A stretch of 64,000 bases of DNA from Phycisphaerae bacterium. GTDB lineage: Bacteria; Planctomycetota; Phycisphaerae; SM23-33. A program made the translations under genes and the position numbers. Below the pieces are notes generated by a model. It saw only the letters and a program-made list of their open reading frames with translations, was not told the origin of the DNA and did no database searches. The stretch covers positions 17,132 to 81,131 of the forward strand of contig JBEKZI010000002.1 in NCBI GenBank assembly GCA_049510055.1, written 5' to 3'. Of the stretch, positions 31,192 through 40,858 are shown piece after piece (position 1 is the first letter of the stretch; each line of letters begins with the position of its first letter).

Positions 31192-33483
31192 ATGGCACTG
31201 CAATTCTTCCGTCGCCGTCAGAAGATGGTGATCATCATCATGGTCGTCCTTATGGTCAGCTTCCTGGTCGGCGGATACGGTCTGTCGTCGGCGTTCCGCA
31301 GGAACCGGGGCGCCGCGGCCATCGGGACGACCAAGTTCGGCAAGCTGACGCTGGTGGACTTGTCCGCGGCGGAAGGGGACCTGATGATGTTGAGGATCCT
31401 CAACCGCAACGTGGCCGATCAGGACTTCGCGGTGCTGATGGCCAACGGAGAGAACGTCGGCCTGGCCTACGCGCTGCTGCGGCAGGAGGCGTCCAAGGCG
31501 CCCGATATCGTGACCGATGACGACGTCAACCTCTTCCTCCTCCAGCGGGGGCTGGAAGGGGCGCAATTTCAGGCTCTGCTGGGGGCGTTAACATCGCGAA
31601 TGTCCGGCGTCAGCGAGGAGCAGATCCGCGGCGTCATTGCGCGGTGGGTGAAAGTGGAGAAGTGTTTTACCGACACGACGTTCTACGCCGCAACGTCGGC
31701 CTGCTACGGCGCGGCGACCTCCGAGCAGGAGATGCGTCATCTCTTTGAGGACCTGCTGGAAAGGATCGACCTTCGCGTCGCTGCGCTCAAGGCCGAGAAT
31801 TTCCTCAAAGACGTCCCCGAACCGAATGACGCGGAGATCCAGGTTCAGTTCGCCAACTACCGTTCCGAGCTGCCCGGCCGCGGCAACGAGAAGAACCCCT
31901 TCGGCTTCGGCTATGCTCAGTCCGACCGGGCGTCGGTCCGCTACCTGCTGGTCCGCCAGGACGTCCTGGCGCGGGTCGCGCGCCCGACCGACGAGGAACT
32001 GCGCTCCTACTACATCAGCCACCGGTCTTCGTACGTCAAGAAGATCGCCCTGGAGACCCAGCCGGCGGAGACGACGGCCACCCAGCCCGTCGCCTTCCGC
32101 GAGGAACCGCTGACGTTTTCCCAGGCCAGGCCGCAGATTGTCAAGGACCTTACCGCGCTGGCCGTTCGCCGGGCGGTGGAAAACCTGGTCAGCCAGGCCA
32201 AGATGTTCATGGACCAATACGCCTCCGGCGAACACGGCTCGGCGTCCAATGCCTATGAATACGCCTTGGCGCGGATGACGGTCCCGGCCGACGCCGTCCT
32301 GGCCAAGCCGCTGACCGACGTGCACCTTCGCGCCCAGCCGCTGGAGCAGGCCGTCGCGGCCTTGGCGGAAAAAGCCGGCCTGGAGGCCATCGCGTTTCCC
32401 TGGGGCCCGCAAGGGGACAAAACGCTGGACCCCAACGTCAAGGTGACGATCGACGCCGACAGCATCACGCTGGGCGAGGCCTTGGACAAGCTGTGCGTGC
32501 AACTTAAGTGGCCGAAGCTGAAGTGGGCGGAGACGGTGGGCCTCAAAGGCGACCTGTTCTCCGTAGGCGGCGACGGGAGCGTGGACTTCTTCCCCCTCCT
32601 GATGCGGCAGACGCCTCCGATGGACCTTAATGAGATGGAGGCGGATGAGGTCCTGGGACACAGCTACACGTCCTCCGAGGAGCCGCTGGTTCGGCTCGTC
32701 TTCACCGCCCAGCCGTTCGGGCGGTCCGTGCCGGGCGGCGGGTTGAAAGTGGGCAGCGACGGTCCGAGCATGATCGTGGTCGGTCCGCAGCCGGGCCGGT
32801 TGCTGTGGCAATTGGCCGATGCCAAGCCCTCGCACATGCCTCAGCGCCTTGACGACGTGCCGGGCCTGAAAGACAAGGTCAAGCAGGACATTCGGATCGG
32901 CGCCGCCTTCGTGCGGGCCGATGAGAAGGCCAAACAGGTCCGCCAAGAGGCGGCCAAGTCCGGCCTGCAAGCTGCGGCCAAGAAGGCCGGACTCGAGACA
33001 TTCCAGACCGGCCCGTTCGCCCGCCGCATAGAAACCTCGCCCCAGCGGCAGTATCAGGCGATGGCAGGGATGACCGGCCAGATGTCATTCGTCACGCTGG
33101 CGATGCAGCCGCCTTTCATCTACCCGCTGACGGAGGTGCCGGGCCTGGACTTCAAGGACACCGCCGACGTGCAGACCTTCATGAACGCGGCCTTCGCCTT
33201 GGCCCCGGTCAATATCGAGCCGCCGTACCCCTCCAAACCGCCGACGGTAGGCATGGTGTCGATCCCGTTCGCCCGGCAAGTGCTAGTCATGGAACGGACG
33301 GGTTACGAGCCGCCGGTGGCCGGCGAGTATGCCCGCCTCAAAGGCATCCTGGCCGCTCAACTGGAGATTAGCGACCAGTGGCGCAGCCGAGTGGGTTGGT
33401 TTGGCCTGCCGAACATCGCCCAGCGCCTGGAGTACAGGCCTCGCCAGGGCGGCCTACCGGTGGAAACGCCGGCTGAGGAATAG
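31192..33483 (+). CDS. SurA-N-domain / PpiD-like periplasmic chaperone family protein (function tentative)
   Basis: 763 aa. The N-terminus MALQFFRRRQKMVIIIMVVLMVSFLVGG resembles the PpiD/SurA_N_3 membrane-anchored N-terminus. No clear parvulin motif was seen. Confidence 0.55.
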   Translation: MALQFFRRRQKMVIIIMVVLMVSFLVGGYGLSSAFRRNRGAAAIGTTKFGKLTLVDLSAAEGDLMMLRILNRNVADQDFAVLMANGENVGLAYALLRQEASKAPDIVTDDDVNLFLLQRGLEGAQFQALLGALTSRMSGVSEEQIRGVIARWVKVEKCFTDTTFYAATSACYGAATSEQEMRHLFEDLLERIDLRVAALKAENFLKDVPEPNDAEIQVQFANYRSELPGRGNEKNPFGFGYAQSDRASVRYLLVRQDVLARVARPTDEELRSYYISHRSSYVKKIALETQPAETTATQPVAFREEPLTFSQARPQIVKDLTALAVRRAVENLVSQAKMFMDQYASGEHGSASNAYEYALARMTVPADAVLAKPLTDVHLRAQPLEQAVAALAEKAGLEAIAFPWGPQGDKTLDPNVKVTIDADSITLGEALDKLCVQLKWPKLKWAETVGLKGDLFSVGGDGSVDFFPLLMRQTPPMDLNEMEADEVLGHSYTSSEEPLVRLVFTAQPFGRSVPGGGLKVGSDGPSMIVVGPQPGRLLWQLADAKPSHMPQRLDDVPGLKDKVKQDIRIGAAFVRADEKAKQVRQEAAKSGLQAAAKKAGLETFQTGPFARRIETSPQRQYQAMAGMTGQMSFVTLAMQPPFIYPLTEVPGLDFKDTADVQTFMNAAFALAPVNIEPPYPSKPPTVGMVSIPFARQVLVMERTGYEPPVAGEYARLKGILAAQLEISDQWRSRVGWFGLPNIAQRLEYRPRQGGLPVETPAEE

Positions 33484-33584
33484 CCACAGATGGCCGAAGG
33501 CTTGACAGCATCGCCGAGGCCGCTAGAGTGAATGGTCACCGGCGCGGGGCTTTCCTCGTGAAGGCCTCCGGCGCCGCGGCGCGC

Positions 33585-33657
33585 GGGCAGGTAGCTCAGC
33601 CGGTAGAGCACATGACTGAAAATCATGGTGTCGGCGGTTCAATTCCGCCCCTGCCCA
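33585..33657 (+). tRNA. tRNA-Phe (anticodon GAA)
   Basis: 73-nt cloverleaf. Acceptor stem GGGCAGG/CCTGCCC, D-arm GCTC-AGCCGGTA-GAGC, anticodon stem-loop CATGA-CTGAAAA-TCATG, and T-arm GGCGG-TTCAATT-CCGCC. CCA is not encoded. Confidence 0.95.
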
Positions 33658-33696
33658 TTCCCGGAAGTCTTCGCCGCCCGCCAAGGTCCGTCCTGT

Positions 33697-35124
33697 ATGA
33701 CAAAGCGCAACCTCATTTGGGCGATTCTTCTCCTTGCCGCCGCCGTGATCCTGGTGTGGGCGAGGAAGCCGGCGGTCCAGCCGCCCAAGGAGGCCGGCGT
33801 CCGGCCGCCGCTTCGCCCGCTGGTGGAGACCTACGATCTCATCAAGGACAAAGGTTACCGTCCTCGCGATGACGCCGAGCTGGTCCGCGGCGCGGTGGGG
33901 GGCATGGCGGCCGCGGCGGACGAGTACTCCACGTATATCCCGCCTGAAAAGGTCGAGGCGTTCCGTCACCGCATGGAAGGCATCGACCGCGGCGTGGGGC
34001 TGAAGCTGGATCAGGTCGGCGATCATGTCGAGGTGAGCCGGATCCTGCCGGGTTCGCCCTCCGCGCGTGCCGGCGTGGCCGCCGGGGAGGCCCTGCTGAC
34101 GGTGGACGGCCGGGCCGTGGAGGGGCTGTCGGCGGCGGAGGCGGAGCGGCTCGTCAACGATGGGCCGGTGGGCAGCTCCGTGAAGTTGGAGACCGTCTCG
34201 AGCGACGACCAGGTCCGGTCCCTGGCGCTGACCCGCCAGGAGTTTCCGGTGGAATCGGTCACGGGACTGTGGCGCGGCGACAGGGGCCAGTGGAATTACC
34301 TGGCCTGGAGCAAGCCGCCCATCGCGTACATCCATATTAATGAATTTGTGCGTCGCACGGCCGAGGAGGTGCAGGTCGCCCTGCGGGGGCTCGACACGTT
34401 CGGCGGCCTGGTGCTGGACCTGCGGGACAACCCCGGCGGGCAGCTCCCCGCCGCCGTCGACGTGGCCGACCTGTTCCTCAAAGAAGGCCCCATCGTGACG
34501 CTGGAGGACAAGTCCGGCAAGGATCGGCCGCGGACGGCCCGGTCGGAAGGGACGTACCGTGAGGACCTGCGAATCGTCGTGCTGATCAACGACCGCACAG
34601 CCTCGGCCGCCGAGATTGTCGCCGGGGCCCTGGCCGCCAACCGCCGGGCCGTGCTGGTCGGCACGCGGACCAAGGGCAAAGGATACATCCAGAGCATGTT
34701 CCGCCTGCCCGACGACGTGGGCGAGATGAACCTCACGACCGCCGAATTTCTCGTGGGCGACGGCCGGTCGATCCAGCGCCAACCGGGCAGCGCGTCCTGG
34801 GGCGTGGACCCGGACGTGGAAATAAAGCTCTCGCCGCTGAATGCGTTCCGCCTGTCGCGGCTTCGCCCTCGCCTGGAGGTGCCGGCGCCTCCCACGCCGA
34901 CGACGGCCGCGGTCACCGCCGCTGCAGGAAAGCGTCCCAAGGCGGCGCTGCCGGCGGCCGCCCCAGCCGCCAAGCAGCCGGCGGACCTTTTGCTTCCCCT
35001 GGACGACCAGCTTCGCAAGGCCGTGGAGCTTCTGGCTGATCCTGAGGCGTTCGACGCACTTCTGAAACAATCGCCCTCGGCCTTGGCGCCCGCGGCCTTC
35101 ACGAGGAAAGCCGCCGCGCGATAG
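33697..35124 (+). CDS. S41 family carboxyl-terminal processing peptidase (PDZ domain)
   Basis: The ATG at 33697 (MTKRNLIWAILLLAAAV..., N-terminal anchor) avoids overlap with tRNA-Phe. A PDZ domain (GDHVEVSRILPGSPSARAGV) and S41 catalytic motifs (DLRDNPGG, INDRTASAAEI, TRTKGKG) are present. Confidence 0.85.
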   Translation: MTKRNLIWAILLLAAAVILVWARKPAVQPPKEAGVRPPLRPLVETYDLIKDKGYRPRDDAELVRGAVGGMAAAADEYSTYIPPEKVEAFRHRMEGIDRGVGLKLDQVGDHVEVSRILPGSPSARAGVAAGEALLTVDGRAVEGLSAAEAERLVNDGPVGSSVKLETVSSDDQVRSLALTRQEFPVESVTGLWRGDRGQWNYLAWSKPPIAYIHINEFVRRTAEEVQVALRGLDTFGGLVLDLRDNPGGQLPAAVDVADLFLKEGPIVTLEDKSGKDRPRTARSEGTYREDLRIVVLINDRTASAAEIVAGALAANRRAVLVGTRTKGKGYIQSMFRLPDDVGEMNLTTAEFLVGDGRSIQRQPGSASWGVDPDVEIKLSPLNAFRLSRLRPRLEVPAPPTPTTAAVTAAAGKRPKAALPAAAPAAKQPADLLLPLDDQLRKAVELLADPEAFDALLKQSPSALAPAAFTRKAAAR

Positions 35125-35161
35125 CCCGAAAACCGCCACCGACACGAGCCTGCAATCGCCT

Positions 35162-36238
35162 ATGGCTGATGCGACGATCATTCTGGGCATCGAGACCAGT
35201 TGCGACGAGACCTCCTGCGCCCTGGTGGCCGAAGGGCGACGGGTGTTGTCCAACGTCGTGGCCAGTCAGATCGACCTGCACGCCCGGTTCGGCGGCGTGG
35301 TGCCGGAGGTGGCCTCCCGCGCCCACATCGAGGCCATCAACGCTGTTCTCGACTCGGCCCTGAAGGCCTCGGGCGTCAGGCCCGATCAGATCGCCGCCGT
35401 GGCCGTCACGAATGAACCGGGGCTCATCGGCTCGCTGCTGGTAGGCCTGATGGCGGCCAAGACGCTGGCGTGGGTGTGGGACGTGCCGCTGGTGGGCGTC
35501 AACCACGTCTATGCCCACGCCTATTCGCCCGCCCTGGACGCCGAGCCTATCGACTATCCCGCCGCGGCGCTGATCTGCTCCGGCGGGCACACGGCGCTGT
35601 ACCGCTGCACCGGGCCGACGGAGCTGGAGCTGATCGGCACGACGATCGACGACGCCGCCGGCGAGGCCTTCGACAAGGTGGCCCACATCCTCCAGGTGGG
35701 CTATCCCGGCGGGCCGGTCATCGACCGCCTGGCCACCGGCGGCAACCCCCAAGCCGTCGCGTTCCCGCGATCTTTCTTGCGTGGTCCCGGCGCGCCGGGA
35801 CTGGATTTTTCCTTCAGCGGGCTGAAGACGGCCGTGCTGTACCACGTCAACGGTACGCCCGGCCTGAAGCGTCAAGCCCGCGCCGTGGCAGGCGCCGGCG
35901 CCGGCAAGGGTGCCGCCTATCTGACGAAGCAGGAATTGGCCGACGTGGCCGCCAGCTTCCAGGCCGCCGTGGTGGACGTGCTGATCTCCAAGCTCCGCCG
36001 CGCCGCCAAGGTCACCGGTGCCCGGACGCTGATCCTCGGCGGCGGCGTGTCGGCTAACTCGGCCTTGCGCCAGGCGGCCGGGGAACTGGCTGAAAAGTGC
36101 CGCTGCACGCTCCGCATGCCGCAGTTGTGCTATTGCGTGGACAACGCGGCCCAGACGGCCGGCCTGGCCTGGCACTACCTGCGCAGCGGCCGAACGGCCG
36201 ACCTGGACCTGGAAGCCTTTGCCACCGTGCGGCGATGA
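35162..36238 (+). CDS. tsaD: tRNA N6-adenosine threonylcarbamoyltransferase
   Basis: N-terminal ILGIETSCDETS, metal-binding H..H motif, and a Kae1/Gcp fold. Length is 358 aa. Confidence 0.95.
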   Translation: MADATIILGIETSCDETSCALVAEGRRVLSNVVASQIDLHARFGGVVPEVASRAHIEAINAVLDSALKASGVRPDQIAAVAVTNEPGLIGSLLVGLMAAKTLAWVWDVPLVGVNHVYAHAYSPALDAEPIDYPAAALICSGGHTALYRCTGPTELELIGTTIDDAAGEAFDKVAHILQVGYPGGPVIDRLATGGNPQAVAFPRSFLRGPGAPGLDFSFSGLKTAVLYHVNGTPGLKRQARAVAGAGAGKGAAYLTKQELADVAASFQAAVVDVLISKLRRAAKVTGARTLILGGGVSANSALRQAAGELAEKCRCTLRMPQLCYCVDNAAQTAGLAWHYLRSGRTADLDLEAFATVRR

Positions 36239-36268
36239 CGCACGCCGCCGGGCGGGTATAATGCCATC

Positions 36269-37039
36269 ATGAACGCAGACGCCCTCAAGCAACTCCTGGA
36301 AGCCGTGCGAAGCGGCAAGCTCACCGTCGAGCAGGCCATCTCGCAACTGCGGCATATGCCCTTCGAGGACATGGGCTTTGCGCGGGTGGACCACCACCGT
36401 GCCATCCGCTGCGGCTTTCCGGAGGTGATCCTCTGTGCCGGCAAGACCGTCGATCAGGTGCAGAGCATTTTCCATCGCCTGGCCGAGCACGGCGGCAACG
36501 TCCTGGCTACGCGGGCCGACCGCCCGACGTACGAGGCCGTCGCGAGCGCCTTTCCCGCCGCCCAGTATCACGAGTTGGCGAGGGCGATCACGCTTCGCCA
36601 AGGCTCTCCGCCCACCCCGGCGGGGCACATCGCGGTCGTGGCCGCCGGCACCAGCGACCTGCCCGTGGCCGAGGAGGCCCGCGTTACGGCTGAGATCATG
36701 GATCAGCGGGTCACCACGCACTATGACGTGGGCGTGGCCGGCCTGCACCGGCTGCTGGCGGAGAGCGCCTCGCTCCAGCAGGCTCACGTGGTGGTCGTCG
36801 CGGCCGGCATGGAAGGGGCCCTGGCCAGCGTGGTGGGCGGGCTGGTGGCCGTGCCGGTGATCGCCGTGCCGACCTCGGTGGGCTACGGTGCCAGCTTCGG
36901 CGGCCTGGCGGCCCTGCTGAGCATGTTGAACAGTTGCGCCTCATCCGTCAGCGTGGTGAACATCGACAACGGATTCGCCGCCGGCTACATTGCCGCGATG
37001 ATCAATCGCCGGACTGCGCCCGGCAAGAGCGGGGACTAA
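36269..37039 (+). CDS. larB: nickel-pincer cofactor biosynthesis protein LarB (PurE-like carboxylase/hydrolase)
   Basis: N-terminal helical region followed by an AIRC/PurE-like domain (IAVVAAGTSDLPVAEEA...VVVVAAGMEGALASVVGG). This matches the LarB family architecture. Confidence 0.7.
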   Translation: MNADALKQLLEAVRSGKLTVEQAISQLRHMPFEDMGFARVDHHRAIRCGFPEVILCAGKTVDQVQSIFHRLAEHGGNVLATRADRPTYEAVASAFPAAQYHELARAITLRQGSPPTPAGHIAVVAAGTSDLPVAEEARVTAEIMDQRVTTHYDVGVAGLHRLLAESASLQQAHVVVVAAGMEGALASVVGGLVAVPVIAVPTSVGYGASFGGLAALLSMLNSCASSVSVVNIDNGFAAGYIAAMINRRTAPGKSGD

Positions 37040-37042
37040 ACC

Positions 37043-37963
37043 ATGGCGAAGGCGAAGACAGTGGCAATGGCGAAAAGCGTCAAACGGATTCAGACGGTGG
37101 CTCACCTGGCCCCGCGGCGTCGCGACGCCCACAAGGGCGACTTCGGCCGCGTGCTGGTCGTGGGCGGCTCGTCGGGGATGATCGGGGCGGTGGGCCTGGC
37201 CTGCAACGCGGCCTTGCGCGGCGGGGCGGGTCTGGTGACCTTCGCCGCGCCGCGAACCGTCCAACCGTTCATCGCCACCGTGTGTCCCTGCGCCACGTCC
37301 ATTCCGCTGGCGGCGGACGACCGCGGCCAGTTGCAGGCCGAGGCCGTGCGGCAGGTGGTCCAAGCCGCCGGCCGGGCCGACGTTTTGGCCATCGGGCCGG
37401 GCATGGCCACGGGAAGCGTCCAGCAGCAGATCGTCCGCGCCGCCCTGGAGCTGACGTGCCCGGTGGTCCTCGACGCCGACGGCTTGAACAACCTGGCCGC
37501 CATCGACGGCTGGCCCGCGATTCGCCGCTGCCCGCTGATCCTCACGCCGCACCCCGGCGAGTTCTCACGCCTGACGCAGCGGCCGACGAAGGATATCCAG
37601 GCCCGTCGCGAATCGGCCGTCCGGGCCGCGATGAAGAATTGGCTAGCCGCCGCGCCACGCGGCGCCGGTGCGATTGTCTGCGTGCTGAAGGGCGCCGGCA
37701 CGGTCGTCTCCGACGGCCGGCGGGTGTACGTCAACGAAACGGGCAACCCCGGCATGGCCACCGGCGGCACCGGTGACGTGCTGACGGGCCTGACCGCCGC
37801 CCTCATCGGCCAAGGGCTGAAACCGTTTGAAGCAGCCTGCCTGGCCGTCCGCTGCCACGGCCGGGCCGGCGACCTGGCGGCTGAGCAGCTCGGCCAGGTC
37901 TCCCTGATCGCCTCCGACCTGCTGGACTTCCTCCCGGCGGCCATGAAAGAAGTCGTGGCCTGA
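37043..37963 (+). CDS. nnrD: ADP-dependent NAD(P)H-hydrate dehydratase (YjeF C-terminal domain)
   Basis: Carbohydrate-kinase-like fold with HKGDFGRVLVVGGS and C-terminal GTGDVLTG motifs. Confidence 0.85.
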   Translation: MAKAKTVAMAKSVKRIQTVAHLAPRRRDAHKGDFGRVLVVGGSSGMIGAVGLACNAALRGGAGLVTFAAPRTVQPFIATVCPCATSIPLAADDRGQLQAEAVRQVVQAAGRADVLAIGPGMATGSVQQQIVRAALELTCPVVLDADGLNNLAAIDGWPAIRRCPLILTPHPGEFSRLTQRPTKDIQARRESAVRAAMKNWLAAAPRGAGAIVCVLKGAGTVVSDGRRVYVNETGNPGMATGGTGDVLTGLTAALIGQGLKPFEAACLAVRCHGRAGDLAAEQLGQVSLIASDLLDFLPAAMKEVVA

Positions 37964-38057
37964 CCGGTCGCGACAATCCTTTGAAGGAATAATGCAACGG
38001 GCGGACCTTTTTCAGAAAAAGGTCCGCCCGTCGAACTACTTGCAGAACGCGTACCGC

Positions 38058-38609
38058 TTACCTGCGTCGCCGCAACACTGCCAGTCCGCCCAAGGTCAAC
38101 AATGACAGCATCGCAGGCTCAGGAACTACCTCGACTGTTACGCTGCCCGAATTGTCAACCCTGTAGTCATCGCTAATGGCCAAATACACCGCTTCACCGG
38201 TTCCCATAAAGTAATAGCGGTAGATGTGGTTTGACGAGAACACATGAGGTTCCCAACTGTTTCCGTCTGAGGAGCCTAACCAATCGACGTAGGCACCATT
38301 TATCGTGATGTCGTGGATGTCGTCCGAATACTGATGCGTGTCATACAATTCAACCCAGGGGACGTTTTGGTCTTGGCCAGGTAAGGTCCATTCTGCATCA
38401 CAGAGCAAGGTGCCATAGTTCTCATACTGGGTTTTGCTGGCAATCCACGTACCGGAGGCAATGAATACGTAAGCTCTGCCTGCCTCCAGTGGCGAAGTCC
38501 ACACTCCATTGTCGGTGGAAGATATCTGCAACGTTTCTCCGGACGCTAAACTAACTGCTACGAACAACACAGCAAAAGCAGCAATCATAAAGTAGGACTT
38601 GCCCTTCAT
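38058..38609 (-). CDS. PEP-CTERM sorting domain-containing secreted protein
   Basis: Signal peptide plus a C-terminal VPEPAMLSLLTLGGLAVLRRRR (PEP motif, TM helix, Arg-rich tail). Local GC is lower than the surroundings. Confidence 0.75.
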   Translation of the reverse strand: MKGKSYFMIAAFAVLFVAVSLASGETLQISSTDNGVWTSPLEAGRAYVFIASGTWIASKTQYENYGTLLCDAEWTLPGQDQNVPWVELYDTHQYSDDIHDITINGAYVDWLGSSDGNSWEPHVFSSNHIYRYYFMGTGEAVYLAISDDYRVDNSGSVTVEVVPEPAMLSLLTLGGLAVLRRRR

Positions 38610-39003
38610 CGAAATACCCTTCCTTTCAAACGGGCCCCGATGGTTTCCAAGACATACTGCCCTTGAGACGATTTGAATGGCTGTCCCGCTGTCAGAACTG
38701 TCGGGGCTCTTTGCATTCCGGCAACAGGATCACCCAACAGACGGCAACACATGTTTAGGCACACTATGGAAACTTGCCCGTGCGGGCTTCAGGCGGGAAC
38801 GAGTGAGCGGGATCGCTACTCGCCTTGCGACTTGCAACAAACTCCGCCGCTTCCCCCAGCGGAGGTCGAAGCGAGCGGCATTTTATCTCTATGCGGCCCA
38901 AAGTCAAGCGGAGAGCCTCGCGCGGCCGCGACTTGACGGAGCGTTATCTCAAACCTACCATCGCGTCAGCGTGGTCGAACCTCACCTATCATTGTGTGCG
39001 GGC

Positions 39004-39858
39004 ATGAAGCGTTTCCTGACGGCCATAGTCCTTCTGACGGTGTTGCCGTCCTGCCACGAGCAGGCGGCCGTCCGCAACGCGCCGTCGCCGCGGATCGTGA
39101 GCTTTTCGCCCGCGATCACGGCCATGATTTTTGAGCTGGGGCTGAGCGACCACCTGGTCGGCGTGACCACGCAAGACGTGCAGCCCGACGGCGTCCGGCG
39201 GCCCGTCGTCGGCGATGCGTTCTCCGTCAACGACGAGGCGGTGCTTTCCGTCCGGCCCGACGTGCTGTTGGTGCAGATGAACGTGGACCGCTTCGCGGCC
39301 GTCCGCAGGCTGGATCCCAACATCCGAATCGAGCGCATCACCATCGAGACGCTCGACGACATCGCCGCGGCCCTGGAGCAGATCGCCGCCCTCGCCGGCC
39401 AGAGGCAAAAAGGCCTCGACGCCCGTAAAACTTTCCAGGATGCCCTGGAGAAGGTCCGCCAGCGCGTCGCGGGCAAGCCGAGGCCGGCGGTGCTGTTCCT
39501 CACCGATTACCAATCCCTCGGCACGGGCGGGCGCGATACGTTCGTCGATCAGATGATCCAAGTCGCCGGCGGCATCAACGTGGCTGAAAAGTATTCCGGC
39601 TGGACGACGATGACGGCTGAGGGCATCATGGCGGCCGCCCCGGAAGTGCTCATCTGCCAGGTGGCCGCCGGCGCCGAGGCCCAGCGCGCCAAAAAGTTCC
39701 TGGAGGGCCTCAAGGACGTTCCGGCCGTCCGGGACGGCAGGGTCTATCTGGTGACCGACCGGCGGTGGACGATTCCCTGTGCGGCCATGGCGTCGTTCAC
39801 GGCGGACCTGGCCGACATGATCCATCCCGCCGGCGGCGGAGGCAGCCATGGACACTAA
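39004..39858 (+). CDS. ABC transporter periplasmic substrate-binding protein (BtuF/FhuD-like, cobalamin or iron-siderophore family)
   Basis: ATG at 39004 (MKRFLTAIVLLTVLPSC, lipobox) followed by a Peripla_BP_2 fold (IVSFSPAITAMIFELGLSDHLVGV). Confidence 0.85.
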   Translation: MKRFLTAIVLLTVLPSCHEQAAVRNAPSPRIVSFSPAITAMIFELGLSDHLVGVTTQDVQPDGVRRPVVGDAFSVNDEAVLSVRPDVLLVQMNVDRFAAVRRLDPNIRIERITIETLDDIAAALEQIAALAGQRQKGLDARKTFQDALEKVRQRVAGKPRPAVLFLTDYQSLGTGGRDTFVDQMIQVAGGINVAEKYSGWTTMTAEGIMAAAPEVLICQVAAGAEAQRAKKFLEGLKDVPAVRDGRVYLVTDRRWTIPCAAMASFTADLADMIHPAGGGGSHGH

Positions 39859-40858
39859 CGCTCCCGGCCATGAGCCGACGGCCGTGGTGAACTTCCGGTC
39901 GCTGGCCGTCGATCTGGGCATTCTGGCGGCCCTGGCGGCGGGCGTGGCGATTGGGTGCAGCTTCATCGGCATCGCGCGGTTCGGCTGGACGGTCTGGGCG
40001 ATGCGCCTGGTGCGTCTGGCGACGGCGGCGACGGTGGGGGCGGCGCTGGCCACGGCCGGCATGGCCCTTCAGGCGATGCTCCGCAATCCGCTGGCCGAGC
40101 CCTACATCCTGGGCGTGTCCACCGGGGCGGGCGTGGGCGTGCTGGTGGGCGGCGTGCTGGCGGGGGCCATCGGCCTGGCCGGCTGGGCCAGCGAGCCGAT
40201 CCTGGCGCTGGTGGGGGCGCTGGCGACGTGCCTGGTGGTTTACGGCATCGCCCAGCGGCACGGCCACCTGGACCCGTACGTGCTGCTGCTGTCGGGCGTG
40301 ATCGTCAACGTTTTCAACGGCGCGCTGATGCTGGCCATCCTGCTGGTGGCCAATCCCAATGACATCCTCAACTTCGTCGGCTGGGGCATGGGGCAGATCC
40401 GCGACACGACCGACGTCTCCTTGCTGGTCGTCTGCGCCGCAGCGGCTGTGGCGGGCTGGGGCGTGCTGCTGGTTCGCGGGGCGGCCTTCAACGCCCTGGG
40501 GCTGGGCGACGACGTGGCGGCCTCCATCGGCGTGCACGTCCGCCGCCTGCGCGTGGAGACCTTCGCGGTGGCCGCGGTGATGACGGCGGCGGCGGTGGCC
40601 CTGGCCGGGCCGATCGGCTTCGTAGGCCTGATCGTGCCGCACGCCTGCCGCCTGCTCGTCGGCCCGGACCATCGCCGCCTGGCCGTCTGGTGCGGGCTGG
40701 TGGGGGCGATCTTCCTGATGCTCGCCGACACGCTCTGCCGCACGGCCGGGGAGTGGGTCGCGGTGGGCTCGGTGCCGGTGGGGGTCATCACGGCGCTGGC
40801 GGGCGGGCCGTTCTTCATCTTCCTGCTCCGCCGCCGCAGCCGGGAGGCCCCGCTATGA
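39848..40858 (+). CDS. FecCD-family ABC transporter permease (BtuC/FhuB-like)
   Basis: About 10 TM helices with a typical FecCD core (NPLAEPYILGVSTGAG). It overlaps the SBP stop by 11 nt. Confidence 0.9.
   Translation: MDTNAPGHEPTAVVNFRSLAVDLGILAALAAGVAIGCSFIGIARFGWTVWAMRLVRLATAATVGAALATAGMALQAMLRNPLAEPYILGVSTGAGVGVLVGGVLAGAIGLAGWASEPILALVGALATCLVVYGIAQRHGHLDPYVLLLSGVIVNVFNGALMLAILLVANPNDILNFVGWGMGQIRDTTDVSLLVVCAAAAVAGWGVLLVRGAAFNALGLGDDVAASIGVHVRRLRVETFAVAAVMTAAAVALAGPIGFVGLIVPHACRLLVGPDHRRLAVWCGLVGAIFLMLADTLCRTAGEWVAVGSVPVGVITALAGGPFFIFLLRRRSREAPL

Noticed and set aside
35099-36787. 562-aa minus-strand ORF antisense to tsaD and larB
   Set aside because: It spans two genuine plus-strand genes and the gap between them. 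It is Gly/Arg/Ala-rich with no domain.
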